This document shows positions 36,653 through 45,517 of a DNA stretch of 64,000 nt, piece after piece (position 1 is the stretch's first letter; every line of letters starts with the position of its first letter). A model generated the notes under the pieces. That model made no database searches. It worked only from the letters and a program-made list of their open reading frames with translations, and was not told the origin of the DNA. Source of the stretch: Escherichia phage Ecwhy_1. The stretch lies in the sequence record MH791411.1; one strand, 5' to 3'. The translations under genes were made by a program, and so were the position numbers.

Positions 36653-37840
36653 ATGTTACCTTTTGCAAGAATGGTTAAGTACGGGAATAAAGTCATTCCA
36701 TATGTTCCCAATTTTACTAAATTAGTCACCCCAGCAGTTGGTTATTCATTTACATGCACAATGCTGCTTGATGTAAATGGATCAGTGTGGGCTATGGGTC
36801 TTCAGAATGCAGGAATTTTTGGGTTAGGTAATACTACACAGGTTACTGAATGGACAAAAATATATAACAATGTTAAAGATTTTTGGTGCAGCACGGGGAA
36901 TGGTTTTTGTCTAATACGAACAAATGATGATAGATTCTTTTATAGTGGTTTAGATAAATGGCTAGGTAACAATACAACAAATACTGTAACAACATTCACT
37001 GAATGTACGAGTTATTTTACACAATTTGGTATTTCAAAAATCAAAGAAATATATGTAGGTCTTGATTATGCTTTGATTTTAGGTACTGATAATAGTTTAT
37101 ATTTGTTAGGTGATAATAAAAATTCAAAGTTTGGTTTAAACACTGCATCATATTTTAATAAATTTACATTTTTAGTCGATAATGTTAAAAAATTCTGTTC
37201 ATCCATCACACCATCTAACTGGATTATTAAACTAGATAATACAATATGGCGTACTGGGACAACATCTCATGGAACGTTGGGAAATGGAGTTCAAAACACA
37301 TATATATTTCCTTGGGTTCAATATAAGGGCACACCTGTTACCGAAGCTATAGACGTTTTTTGTAGTGCGAGTTATATTGGTATTATAACTAAAGGTACAC
37401 CAGAATCATGTCCTATGTATACACTAGGCTATCAAGCTGATGGTCAGTTGGGTAATAATACTACAGCAGGGGGTTATAAATTAACGCCAACATTATCGAA
37501 AACCGTTCCAGATGATAGTGAATTCATTCGAATTGAAAACATCTCATCCCGTGGTCTGGTATATTATAGCTCTGGTAAAATTTATAGTACTGGTTATAAT
37601 AACAATGGTCAGTTGGCAAATAATACTAAAATCAATTCTGGTTCATTTGTTGAAGCAATTTTACCTAATGGTGTTAACTTTAAGAAAAGTGAATCACTTG
37701 TAGCTGGGAACGATGCAACGTTGTATATGTACATTAATAATAAATTATACTACGCGGGGAAATCTCCTGATAATATTTCAGCAAGTAGTTCGTCTGTCAT
37801 GAAAGAATTCCCACTTCCAACAATTAATGCCAGTACTTGA
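36653..37840 (+). CDS. RCC1-like repeat protein, paralog 9 (395 aa)
   Basis: MLPFARMVKYGN; SD AAAGGAGG. Confidence 0.75.
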   Translation: MLPFARMVKYGNKVIPYVPNFTKLVTPAVGYSFTCTMLLDVNGSVWAMGLQNAGIFGLGNTTQVTEWTKIYNNVKDFWCSTGNGFCLIRTNDDRFFYSGLDKWLGNNTTNTVTTFTECTSYFTQFGISKIKEIYVGLDYALILGTDNSLYLLGDNKNSKFGLNTASYFNKFTFLVDNVKKFCSSITPSNWIIKLDNTIWRTGTTSHGTLGNGVQNTYIFPWVQYKGTPVTEAIDVFCSASYIGIITKGTPESCPMYTLGYQADGQLGNNTTAGGYKLTPTLSKTVPDDSEFIRIENISSRGLVYYSSGKIYSTGYNNNGQLANNTKINSGSFVEAILPNGVNFKKSESLVAGNDATLYMYINNKLYYAGKSPDNISASSSSVMKEFPLPTINAST

Positions 37841-37892
37841 TACTGGCTTTTCTTTTTGTATTAAATATAGTATAATGAATAAAGGAGGGAAT

Positions 37893-39044
37893 ATGTTACC
37901 TTTTGCAAGAATGGTTAAGTACGGGAATATTGCACCAGTTCCTGTAGTTCCTACAATAAAAGATTTTAAGATTGGATTTTCACATGAAGTGTTATTGGAC
38001 AGTGCAGGTGATGTATGGGGTATTGGATACAATACAGATGGACAGTTGGGATTTCTGGATGCTAACACAAATTCAATAGGAATGTGGTCTAAGATACATG
38101 AGAATGTTAGATTAATTGGCGTTACTGCCAATTATACTGTAGTTGTTACAAATGATAATAGAATACTTTACGCCGGAAATAACTTAATTTCTAGTACTAC
38201 AACGCTTGGGTGGAACGATATAACGTCCAGTATGGGAGAGGTTGCAGTGGATAGTATAGATACATTATATTGCACAGATGGAATGATGCATATTAAAACT
38301 GCTGATGGCTCTTTATATGCATATGGACGTAATATGAACGCGAACGCTGGAGTTACAGGCGTTTCTGGCGTTATTAGTGTTGCAACTAAAGTTAGTGGTT
38401 TACCATCGGCAGTGAAGGATATACGATATACGTTTAGTTATGGTTCAGTACTATGCCAATTTGATACCACTTCGGTATATGGATGGGGAAGAAATGTCAA
38501 TGGTGAATTAGGTCAGGGGAATGCAGCCGCAGTTCCTGCCCCATACCTATTGGCGGGAGCTTCTATTGTTATAGGTACTTCTTATAATGCTACTGCCATT
38601 GTTTCTGGTACTGGAACGTTAGTTACATGTGGTGGACAAAATAATGGTCAGTTAGGTAATGGTATTACTACTGCTGGTAATGTATACATATATGGTGCTA
38701 GGTCATACCCTGGCGATCTTAATAATATAAGAAGTCCAGTAGATTGTAGTACAACTTATACTTCCGCATTTATGAGTACAGATGGTATATATTACACGGG
38801 TTCGAACCGAAGTGTTTTTGGTGGTGCGAGTGGTTCTGCTACTGTTGCATTATATACTAAATGTAGTGATTTGCCAATATTATATTCCAATATAACTCAG
38901 TGGGGTAGTGGTACTATTGGTGGGGCGATATGTAGCAGAACTGAATTATATCAGTGTGGTACAGGTAGATACATTGCCGGAGATGGACAGAACGCAACTA
39001 GGTATGGGTTTAGAAAGACACCATTACCTTGGGATGTTTATTGA
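37893..39044 (+). CDS. RCC1-like repeat protein, paralog 10 (383 aa)
   Basis: MLPFARMVKYGN; SD AAAGGAGGG. Confidence 0.75.
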   Translation: MLPFARMVKYGNIAPVPVVPTIKDFKIGFSHEVLLDSAGDVWGIGYNTDGQLGFLDANTNSIGMWSKIHENVRLIGVTANYTVVVTNDNRILYAGNNLISSTTTLGWNDITSSMGEVAVDSIDTLYCTDGMMHIKTADGSLYAYGRNMNANAGVTGVSGVISVATKVSGLPSAVKDIRYTFSYGSVLCQFDTTSVYGWGRNVNGELGQGNAAAVPAPYLLAGASIVIGTSYNATAIVSGTGTLVTCGGQNNGQLGNGITTAGNVYIYGARSYPGDLNNIRSPVDCSTTYTSAFMSTDGIYYTGSNRSVFGGASGSATVALYTKCSDLPILYSNITQWGSGTIGGAICSRTELYQCGTGRYIAGDGQNATRYGFRKTPLPWDVY

Positions 39045-39114
39045 AATAATGCCAGTACTCTGTACTGGCTTTTCTTTTTGATTAAATATAGTATAAAGAA
39101 TAAAGGAGGGAATT

Positions 39115-40251
39115 ATGTTACCTTTTGCAAGAATGGTTAAGTACGGGAATATAAAAGTAAAGAGTACTATACAAAAAGTTATACTTGGTGGTGGTGGTCA
39201 ATGTGTGGTAACATTACTCAGTGATGGTAGAGTGTATGGACGTGGTTACAACACTACACATGGGTTAGGTACTGGTACAACAACATTCGTAAGTGATTGG
39301 GTATTAATGGGAGATAATATTGTTGATATCCATTCAAATGGTGTTACTGGAACATTCCTTATTACCAAAGAAAATAGAATATTGTATTCTGGTTTTGCGA
39401 CACCAATCAATGGCACAACATCACATTATACACGTTTCACTGATTTAACATCAACTGTATTTGCTGCGGTGGATGTTAGTAATATTAAAACAATTACGGG
39501 AAATGGTAATGTTACAATGGTTCTTTTGAATGATGGTTCACTTTATGGGAGTGGTGCAAATATAGGGGTTATAGGTAATGGTAGTAACGTTGCATTATCA
39601 ACACAAACATATGTGACTAATGATGTGCGTGATGTGAAAACATATCCATCAATGAACACTATAACAAAAAATAATAATCAAATATTGGCTAGTGGTATTT
39701 TATACCAAGGCGTGAACGGTACAAATTCATCAATAAACACGTCTTCATATACATTACTGTACACATTACCGAGTTCTGATTGTTTTCAATTTGCATTTGA
39801 TACATATACATTTGGATATGTTGACCCTAGTACTAACACTTCTTATATAAGAGGTATACCAATAAATGGTTCATTAGGTAATGGCGTTACTAATAATACA
39901 GCAGTTACAACATGGGTTACTAAAGTTTGGAATACACCAATTGATAGTTCTATACCTAATAAATCATATACAACTAACCATGTCTCCTTGTTCAATGATG
40001 GAAACTTATGGACAACTGGTGCATCTAGTGTAGGTTATTCCAATGGTACAAATAGCACAACAGCTAATACATGGACCAGTTCATCTAATTTACCATTCAA
40101 CACTAATAACATAACAGACTATGCTTTTGGTGGTAGTATTACTGTAGTGGTAATCGACTACAGGACTATGTACATACTAGCTAACAACGCCATTGCTGGT
40201 ACTGCTACGACAACTTATAAATTTGAGCCATATAATTCTCCACCAGTTTAA
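39115..40251 (+). CDS. RCC1-like repeat protein, paralog 11 (378 aa)
   Basis: MLPFARMVKYGN; SD AAAGGAGGG; -10 variant TATAAAG. Confidence 0.75.
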   Translation: MLPFARMVKYGNIKVKSTIQKVILGGGGQCVVTLLSDGRVYGRGYNTTHGLGTGTTTFVSDWVLMGDNIVDIHSNGVTGTFLITKENRILYSGFATPINGTTSHYTRFTDLTSTVFAAVDVSNIKTITGNGNVTMVLLNDGSLYGSGANIGVIGNGSNVALSTQTYVTNDVRDVKTYPSMNTITKNNNQILASGILYQGVNGTNSSINTSSYTLLYTLPSSDCFQFAFDTYTFGYVDPSTNTSYIRGIPINGSLGNGVTNNTAVTTWVTKVWNTPIDSSIPNKSYTTNHVSLFNDGNLWTTGASSVGYSNGTNSTTANTWTSSSNLPFNTNNITDYAFGGSITVVVIDYRTMYILANNAIAGTATTTYKFEPYNSPPV

Positions 40252-40283
40252 TATAATGCCAGTACTATGTACTGGCTTTTCTT

Positions 40284-40934
40284 TTACATATTATATAATG
40301 TGAATGCAGTCACTTTACCAGTTGTTGTTAGTTCATTATAAAGATACTCCAAGATTCTCGCACACTCTAAGTATATCTCGATATCATCATGAATAAGTGA
40401 GTACTGAAATAGCTGTTCTTCAGGTAATTTGTATTGACTTCCTTTTAATGAATTGAGAATATCTTTCACATCATCAAGTACTGGGTAAAGTACGAAATCT
40501 TCATCATATTTTGAAGCAATAAATTCAAATCCACCACCATCAGTACTAGATATACCAATCAGTACTTTATCAATCAAGTTAATGTTTATATAACGGTTGT
40601 GATTTGGGTGAATTGAAATCTCAAACATAAGAGTACTGTTACAATCAACATCAATATACAAATATACATCATTGAATTTATAAGTTAAGCAACCGTACTC
40701 AAGAAAATCAGAGCAAATAATTGATGAGTTTTTTCTCGTCTCTGCGTAATGCATCTTGATATTCTTTTCACGCATAAGTAATTCGAACTTTGCACTAAAC
40801 TTGCCACCAGCAAGATAGTTAGTATTAGGACGTTTGTAACTTGCAACTGGTCGGTGGGATGATGTAAAGTATTTTTTTGTGAATCGTTTATGTTTAGTGA
40901 AATATTCTTGATAGAACTTACTTCTTTTATTCAT
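40284..40934 (-). CDS. hypothetical protein (216 aa), opposite strand inside the RCC1-like array
   Basis: ORF; convergent with paralog 11 and sharing its terminator hairpin. Confidence 0.6.
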   Translation of the reverse strand: MNKRSKFYQEYFTKHKRFTKKYFTSSHRPVASYKRPNTNYLAGGKFSAKFELLMREKNIKMHYAETRKNSSIICSDFLEYGCLTYKFNDVYLYIDVDCNSTLMFEISIHPNHNRYININLIDKVLIGISSTDGGGFEFIASKYDEDFVLYPVLDDVKDILNSLKGSQYKLPEEQLFQYSLIHDDIEIYLECARILEYLYNELTTTGKVTAFTLYNM

Positions 40935-41011
40935 GAGTACCTCAATTAAATCGCTGTAAAATTGTACATTATAAAATGATTAAATAAAGTATAACACAAG
41001 GAGATTTTATC

Positions 41012-42136
41012 ATGTTACCTTTCGTATTGTTATTTGATTATGGGAACGAAAAACAAGAAAGTTCTTATGATGTTAGTGTATATGGAAACAATAACTACAT
41101 TTTAAATAAACAAACTGGAAACCTTTTTGCATCCGGTGCTGCGGCATTCATGGGTGATAACACAGTTAAGTATTATATTACCCAAATAGAATCAAATGTT
41201 CATAGCTGTGAGATAGGTTTCCTATCATCATGGATAATTAAGAAGGACAAAACTGTTTTCATTTTAGGAAACAAAAGCAGTATAGGATTAACTGGTTCGA
41301 CAACATCATGGTTCGAAATTACAAATTTATTTTCTGCTGTTCCTGAAATATGGGACAACCTATTTGAATGTAAAGTTCAATTGGGATATAACTGTATACG
41401 TGTTATGACACCACTAGGATCAATCTATGCGATTGGTACAAACACTTATGGTGCATTGGGTACTGGTACTACATCCTCATCAACTTCGTTCGTTAAAAGT
41501 GGTGCTGTGGATGCTGTACGCATGGAATCAACAGAACGTTCAGTGTTCTATCAAAACAGTTCTGGACAATGGTTTGGATGTGGTGATAACACATATGGTA
41601 TACTAGGTCTAGGAACTACCGCGAGTCGTGTAAACTCATACACCGCACCAGTATGGACTAATGCAGAAGCTGTTAGCTTCTCTAACCGTGGGATCATATA
41701 CAGCCTCAATGGTACTCTATACTCATGTGGTGACAAAGTTAATGGTCAGCTAGGGGATGGATATACACAAAGCATAGACGCTGCCAGGAGCACACCATAC
41801 ACCATAGGAACCGCATTCCAAATTGGTAAGGCAATAACATCAGCTACACAAGCATCAGCCAACGTATTCATTGGTAAAGATAATAAGTTCTATGGTACTG
41901 GTAGTATTGCTGCTGGTATAAATGGTAGTGCTAGTGCTGCATTAAGTAAAGTTACTGCGTTATCAGCATCACTACCACCTGACATTACATACAATGATAT
42001 TATAACATTTAATACAGGGACCGTAACTTTTATTCAAGCAAAAGGACAACTATATTATGTTGGTAGAAGAACTTACATAGATAATAGTTCAGACGTTACC
42101 ACACAGTTCAGTGTAATTGGTGGCTTAGATAATTAA
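41012..42136 (+). CDS. RCC1-like repeat protein, divergent paralog 12 (374 aa)
   Basis: MLPFVLLFDYGN; blocks GTNTYGALGTG, GDNTYGILGLG, VNGQLGDGY; SD AAGGAG. Confidence 0.7.
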   Translation: MLPFVLLFDYGNEKQESSYDVSVYGNNNYILNKQTGNLFASGAAAFMGDNTVKYYITQIESNVHSCEIGFLSSWIIKKDKTVFILGNKSSIGLTGSTTSWFEITNLFSAVPEIWDNLFECKVQLGYNCIRVMTPLGSIYAIGTNTYGALGTGTTSSSTSFVKSGAVDAVRMESTERSVFYQNSSGQWFGCGDNTYGILGLGTTASRVNSYTAPVWTNAEAVSFSNRGIIYSLNGTLYSCGDKVNGQLGDGYTQSIDAARSTPYTIGTAFQIGKAITSATQASANVFIGKDNKFYGTGSIAAGINGSASAALSKVTALSASLPPDITYNDIITFNTGTVTFIQAKGQLYYVGRRTYIDNSSDVTTQFSVIGGLDN

Positions 42137-42139
42137 AAT

Positions 42140-42172
42140 TAATCCAGTACTATTATAGTACTGGATTTTTTA
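42140..42172. terminator. bidirectional terminator between the RCC1-like array and the membrane-protein operon
   Basis: Palindrome TCCAGTACTATTATAGTACTGGA + TTTTTT. Confidence 0.6.
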
Positions 42173-42544
42173 TTATAACATACGTTTTTTACGAATAGTA
42201 TTGTGGATATTTTTTAAGTAGTTCACACCTTTACACAACCCATAAAATACACCAGCACATACACCAAATGCAGGTATCATACATGCAAACATCGTTATCA
42301 ATTCCCACATCTCCATGCCATCTTGATTCGGTCCAAGGTCAAAGATAACAACCGAAACCAAACCTGTGATACTTAGCATATAATATGCCATGAAGATAAT
42401 AAAAGAAACAATACCAACGTCAGATTTTACTGAATTTAGCATATTATATACTGGGGTTACACAGAAGTAATACAATAACCAAATCAAAGAACCTAAACTA
42501 AACACAATAATAGTAATGATTGAAAATATTTCACGATAACTCAT
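42173..42544 (-). CDS. small polytopic membrane protein, tandem family (123 aa)
   Basis: Hydrophobic helices; basic C-terminus NTIRKKRML; SD GAGGG. Confidence 0.6.
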   Translation of the reverse strand: MSYREIFSIITIIVFSLGSLIWLLYYFCVTPVYNMLNSVKSDVGIVSFIIFMAYYMLSITGLVSVVIFDLGPNQDGMEMWELITMFACMIPAFGVCAGVFYGLCKGVNYLKNIHNTIRKKRML

Positions 42545-42545
42545 T

Positions 42546-42908
42546 TTAGTCCCTCGTGCCTAAACGCTCATGGATTTCGGAAATCTTATGATACATCCAC
42601 GCCAGCAACTCAACGGATGCACAGAGAATAACCACACACAGTGTTAGTGAACATACCATAATACCAAATGTTATAAAATTCGAACTCGATGTTAATAATG
42701 CAACCAGCATTAGAATAAAACCAAAATTGAATGCTGTACTCAACACAGTATATGCTGGACTATATCTCCTTTGTATTACATCATATATATTTGATAATGG
42801 TCGCTTATGGAAGTACTTCCCAATGCACACGAATGCATTCAGTGAGAAGATAAATGTATACGCCATTACCATTAATTGACCAATAAAAGATAATTCAATA
42901 TTATTCAT
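42546..42908 (-). CDS. small polytopic membrane protein, tandem family (120 aa)
   Basis: Hydrophobic helices; basic C-terminus; SD GAGGATAAC. Confidence 0.6.
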   Translation of the reverse strand: MNNIELSFIGQLMVMAYTFIFSLNAFVCIGKYFHKRPLSNIYDVIQRRYSPAYTVLSTAFNFGFILMLVALLTSSSNFITFGIMVCSLTLCVVILCASVELLAWMYHKISEIHERLGTRD

Positions 42909-42909
42909 G

Positions 42910-43281
42910 TTATCCTCGTTTGCGGTATTTGATGCTTTGGTGCATTCTCTGAAAATGTGGAACTAATACATATTGTACGGTTTGCCAAATTACCATCAGA
43001 TTATGGACAGCACCACCGAGTAGACCAAACACTACACAGATAATTGCCAGTACTGGATCACCATCTACCATACCCCATTTGAATATATGTAAAATCCATA
43101 CAGTGATAAGTAGTAATAAACTAATCCAATACGTAGTAAAAAATCCTGCATGTAATTCATAGTCATCAGCAATTTCATCGTATACGGTTTCCAAGAAGGA
43201 TACACAGAAGAACTTGCCAATAATAACAATTGTACTAATAAACAACATAGCAGTTAATATAATAAGTGCAATTTCCATCAC
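42910..43281 (-). CDS. small polytopic membrane protein, tandem family (123 aa)
   Basis: Hydrophobic helices; C-terminus KYRKRG; SD GAGGGATG. Confidence 0.6.
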   Translation of the reverse strand: MMEIALIILTAMLFISTIVIIGKFFCVSFLETVYDEIADDYELHAGFFTTYWISLLLLITVWILHIFKWGMVDGDPVLAIICVVFGLLGGAVHNLMVIWQTVQYVLVPHFQRMHQSIKYRKRG

Positions 43282-43592
43282 ATCCCTCGTTTACGCTTTT
43301 GATTGCGTCTAAATTCGGTTAGCCCACGAGTAATCGGTGGCATCAGACTACATAAAAAAATAACAGTTGTTGGTAATAACATGAAGTCAATCATTGCTGT
43401 ATTAACAGGTGGTTCACATATCAAATAATACAAGCAAGTAATACTAATTATGGTTGACCCAATAAAAGGAATACAAAATTCTTTTATCTGTTTTTCAACA
43501 TAATCAAACATCTTCAGTACAAATAAAAATCCAACCCAACACATAATAAAATAGAATGAATAAAGCGTGTAAATCAATGTTACGATATCCAT
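43278..43592 (-). CDS. small polytopic membrane protein, tandem family (104 aa)
   Basis: Hydrophobic helices; C-terminus RRNQKRKRGM; SD GAGG. Confidence 0.6.
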   Translation of the reverse strand: MDIVTLIYTLYSFYFIMCWVGFLFVLKMFDYVEKQIKEFCIPFIGSTIISITCLYYLICEPPVNTAMIDFMLLPTTVIFLCSLMPPITRGLTEFRRNQKRKRGM

Positions 43593-43930
43593 TAGTACCT
43601 CGCATCAGGAACTTTAGCACGTAATTTATGAACGACTGGGAACAACAACAAACTTACATATGCAATAGTTGAACCCCAATAGAATACTAATATAATTGGT
43701 TCACCATTGGAACGGAACCCTCTACTAATCATTGAGTAGTGAATAATTGGCATAATCATCGCCATACCAAACCATGCGTGTAATTTTAATTGCAACAGGT
43801 GTTCAGAGATGAATACTGAAATTGGTCGTTTGAAGAACCACATAAGAAAGTAGAATCCAGCACTAAGAATATAGTACATAATACTAACTTTCATATACCA
43901 CGGCAGTAAGTGTAAAAAATATTCCATCAT
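43592..43930 (-). CDS. small polytopic membrane protein, tandem family (112 aa)
   Basis: Hydrophobic helices; SD GGAGGAATG. Confidence 0.6.
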   Translation of the reverse strand: MMEYFLHLLPWYMKVSIMYYILSAGFYFLMWFFKRPISVFISEHLLQLKLHAWFGMAMIMPIIHYSMISRGFRSNGEPIILVFYWGSTIAYVSLLLFPVVHKLRAKVPDARY

Positions 43931-44274
43931 TCCTCCGGTATCTTGTTTCGAAGTTCAATCATAACACAACAAATTTTAATGGTCAAGTAAAAAACTACAC
44001 ATATCATACCCAATGTACCGTAAACTGCGGAGAATGCTGGCAGTACCTTTCCTGTGAGTGTTGCTACAATACATGCTATCAATGTTGATGCAAACAACGA
44101 TTGATTAATGAAAGAATTCATAAAATCTTCACCATTACGCTTATAGAATTGTCGTTTAAAATACCATCCTAGAAACATAACTACCCAAAATGTTACATAA
44201 CCTGTTAGAATAATCCCTGCAATTGAATGTGCAACAGAACTACTCTTTAAAAACTCAAGATAAGATTCAAACAT
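43927..44274 (-). CDS. small polytopic membrane protein, tandem family (115 aa)
   Basis: Hydrophobic helices; C-terminus ELRNKIPEE. Confidence 0.6.
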   Translation of the reverse strand: MFESYLEFLKSSSVAHSIAGIILTGYVTFWVVMFLGWYFKRQFYKRNGEDFMNSFINQSLFASTLIACIVATLTGKVLPAFSAVYGTLGMICVVFYLTIKICCVMIELRNKIPEE

Positions 44275-44612
44275 TAGAAGTCCCCACGAATTTTTGCTCT
44301 ACCATTAATGATGAGATTAAACAAGTATATCAGCACCCAAATTAGTAATCCAAGGAATACAATATATTGTGATATTGAGTTCAACTGTGGATTAGCACAA
44401 TAAATTAAGTGTGCGATAAGACCAACAATTGCAAACATACCTTGGATAATAGTGAAAAGAAGTAGTGAAATGTTTCCATCAGGATACAGTTTGAAAACGA
44501 TTTTCTTTTTAAAATACCATAGTACTACAACTAGTGCATGATAAAAGAAAAAACCAAACAGATAAATCAAAGTAATACTAAGCATTGTATCTGAATTAAA
44601 AAACTCAAGCAT
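44274..44612 (-). CDS. small polytopic membrane protein, tandem family (112 aa), first gene of operon
   Basis: SD CAGGAG; TTGACA promoter upstream. Confidence 0.6.
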   Translation of the reverse strand: MLEFFNSDTMLSITLIYLFGFFFYHALVVVLWYFKKKIVFKLYPDGNISLLLFTIIQGMFAIVGLIAHLIYCANPQLNSISQYIVFLGLLIWVLIYLFNLIINGRAKIRGDF

Positions 44613-44679
44613 ATCGTATCTCCTGTGGTGAATATTAAGTTATAGTACTACACTATGGTAGTACTGTCAATACATGTAA

Positions 44680-45450
44680 TTAAATTTTCTCAAGGAACAA
44701 GTTTTCGCACTGCTCTTCCCAATCATACGGATTGTTGTTGTATACTGCTGAAATCAACAGAGGCATACGCAGTGAAGGAGCACGAAGTGCATCTTCATGT
44801 TTCAGCATCCAATTCAGGATTGCTTTGCTACCATTACTATTAACACCTTTAGTTGACAGGATGTTGGTCTTGTTCATTACGTTTTCAATGTGAATCATGA
44901 TATCGCTTTTAGTCTGGATCTGTAAGTCAACATACACAGAGCGAGACATAAGAGCAGCATAGTGAGCAGACATTTTGGTTTTAGCTTTAGCATTCAGTGC
45001 TAAATCTTTGTTAGTAATGAATACGATACGACCGTTAAAATCAAAGCTGTTAGGGATACCGTTGGTAGTTAAGTACTTAGAGCTAGTCATGTAAGACACA
45101 GTACGTTTACCGCTGTCCAGTACAGCTTTGAGCAGGTTCATACCGTCTTCTGAATCAAAGATGCTGTCCATATCATCCAGTACTAATACGTTGGTGCTGT
45201 GACGATTCTTGTACAGAACTTCATACAGAGCAAGAGTAGTCATCTTACCACTGATAGTAGCTACGTTCCATTCTGCTGCGTCATGAGCTTTCTGGAGGCG
45301 TTGTGACAGGGTGTAAGTCTTACCAACACCAGGTGCACCGCTGACAACCATACTTTTTACAGTACTGTTATCGTCGAGCAAACACTCAAGAGCAACCATC
45401 ATGGAGTTGAAGTTTTTCTGAATTTGAATGCTACGTGCTTCTCTGGTCAT
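44680..45450 (-). CDS. P-loop NTPase (AAA+/DnaC-IstB-like ATPase), 256 aa
   Basis: Walker A GAPGVGKT, Walker B-like VLVLDDMD; SD GAGGATAAC. Confidence 0.6.
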   Translation of the reverse strand: MTREARSIQIQKNFNSMMVALECLLDDNSTVKSMVVSGAPGVGKTYTLSQRLQKAHDAAEWNVATISGKMTTLALYEVLYKNRHSTNVLVLDDMDSIFDSEDGMNLLKAVLDSGKRTVSYMTSSKYLTTNGIPNSFDFNGRIVFITNKDLALNAKAKTKMSAHYAALMSRSVYVDLQIQTKSDIMIHIENVMNKTNILSTKGVNSNGSKAILNWMLKHEDALRAPSLRMPLLISAVYNNNPYDWEEQCENLFLEKI

Positions 45451-45517
45451 TTCGTTATCCTCATCAATTGATGAAATAATTATAGCAAAAAGGGCTGACC
45501 TAAGTCAACCCTTTTGT

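Noticed and set aside
27460-41736. Minus-strand and alternative-frame track ORFs inside the RCC1-like genes (27460-27687, 28015-28467, 32166-32429, 33182-33427, 33893-34126, 34482-34796, 34894-35166, 36520-36729, 37512-37703, 37778-38131, 41551-41736)
   Set aside because: Antisense or out-of-frame within strongly supported paralog ORFs; no translation signals.
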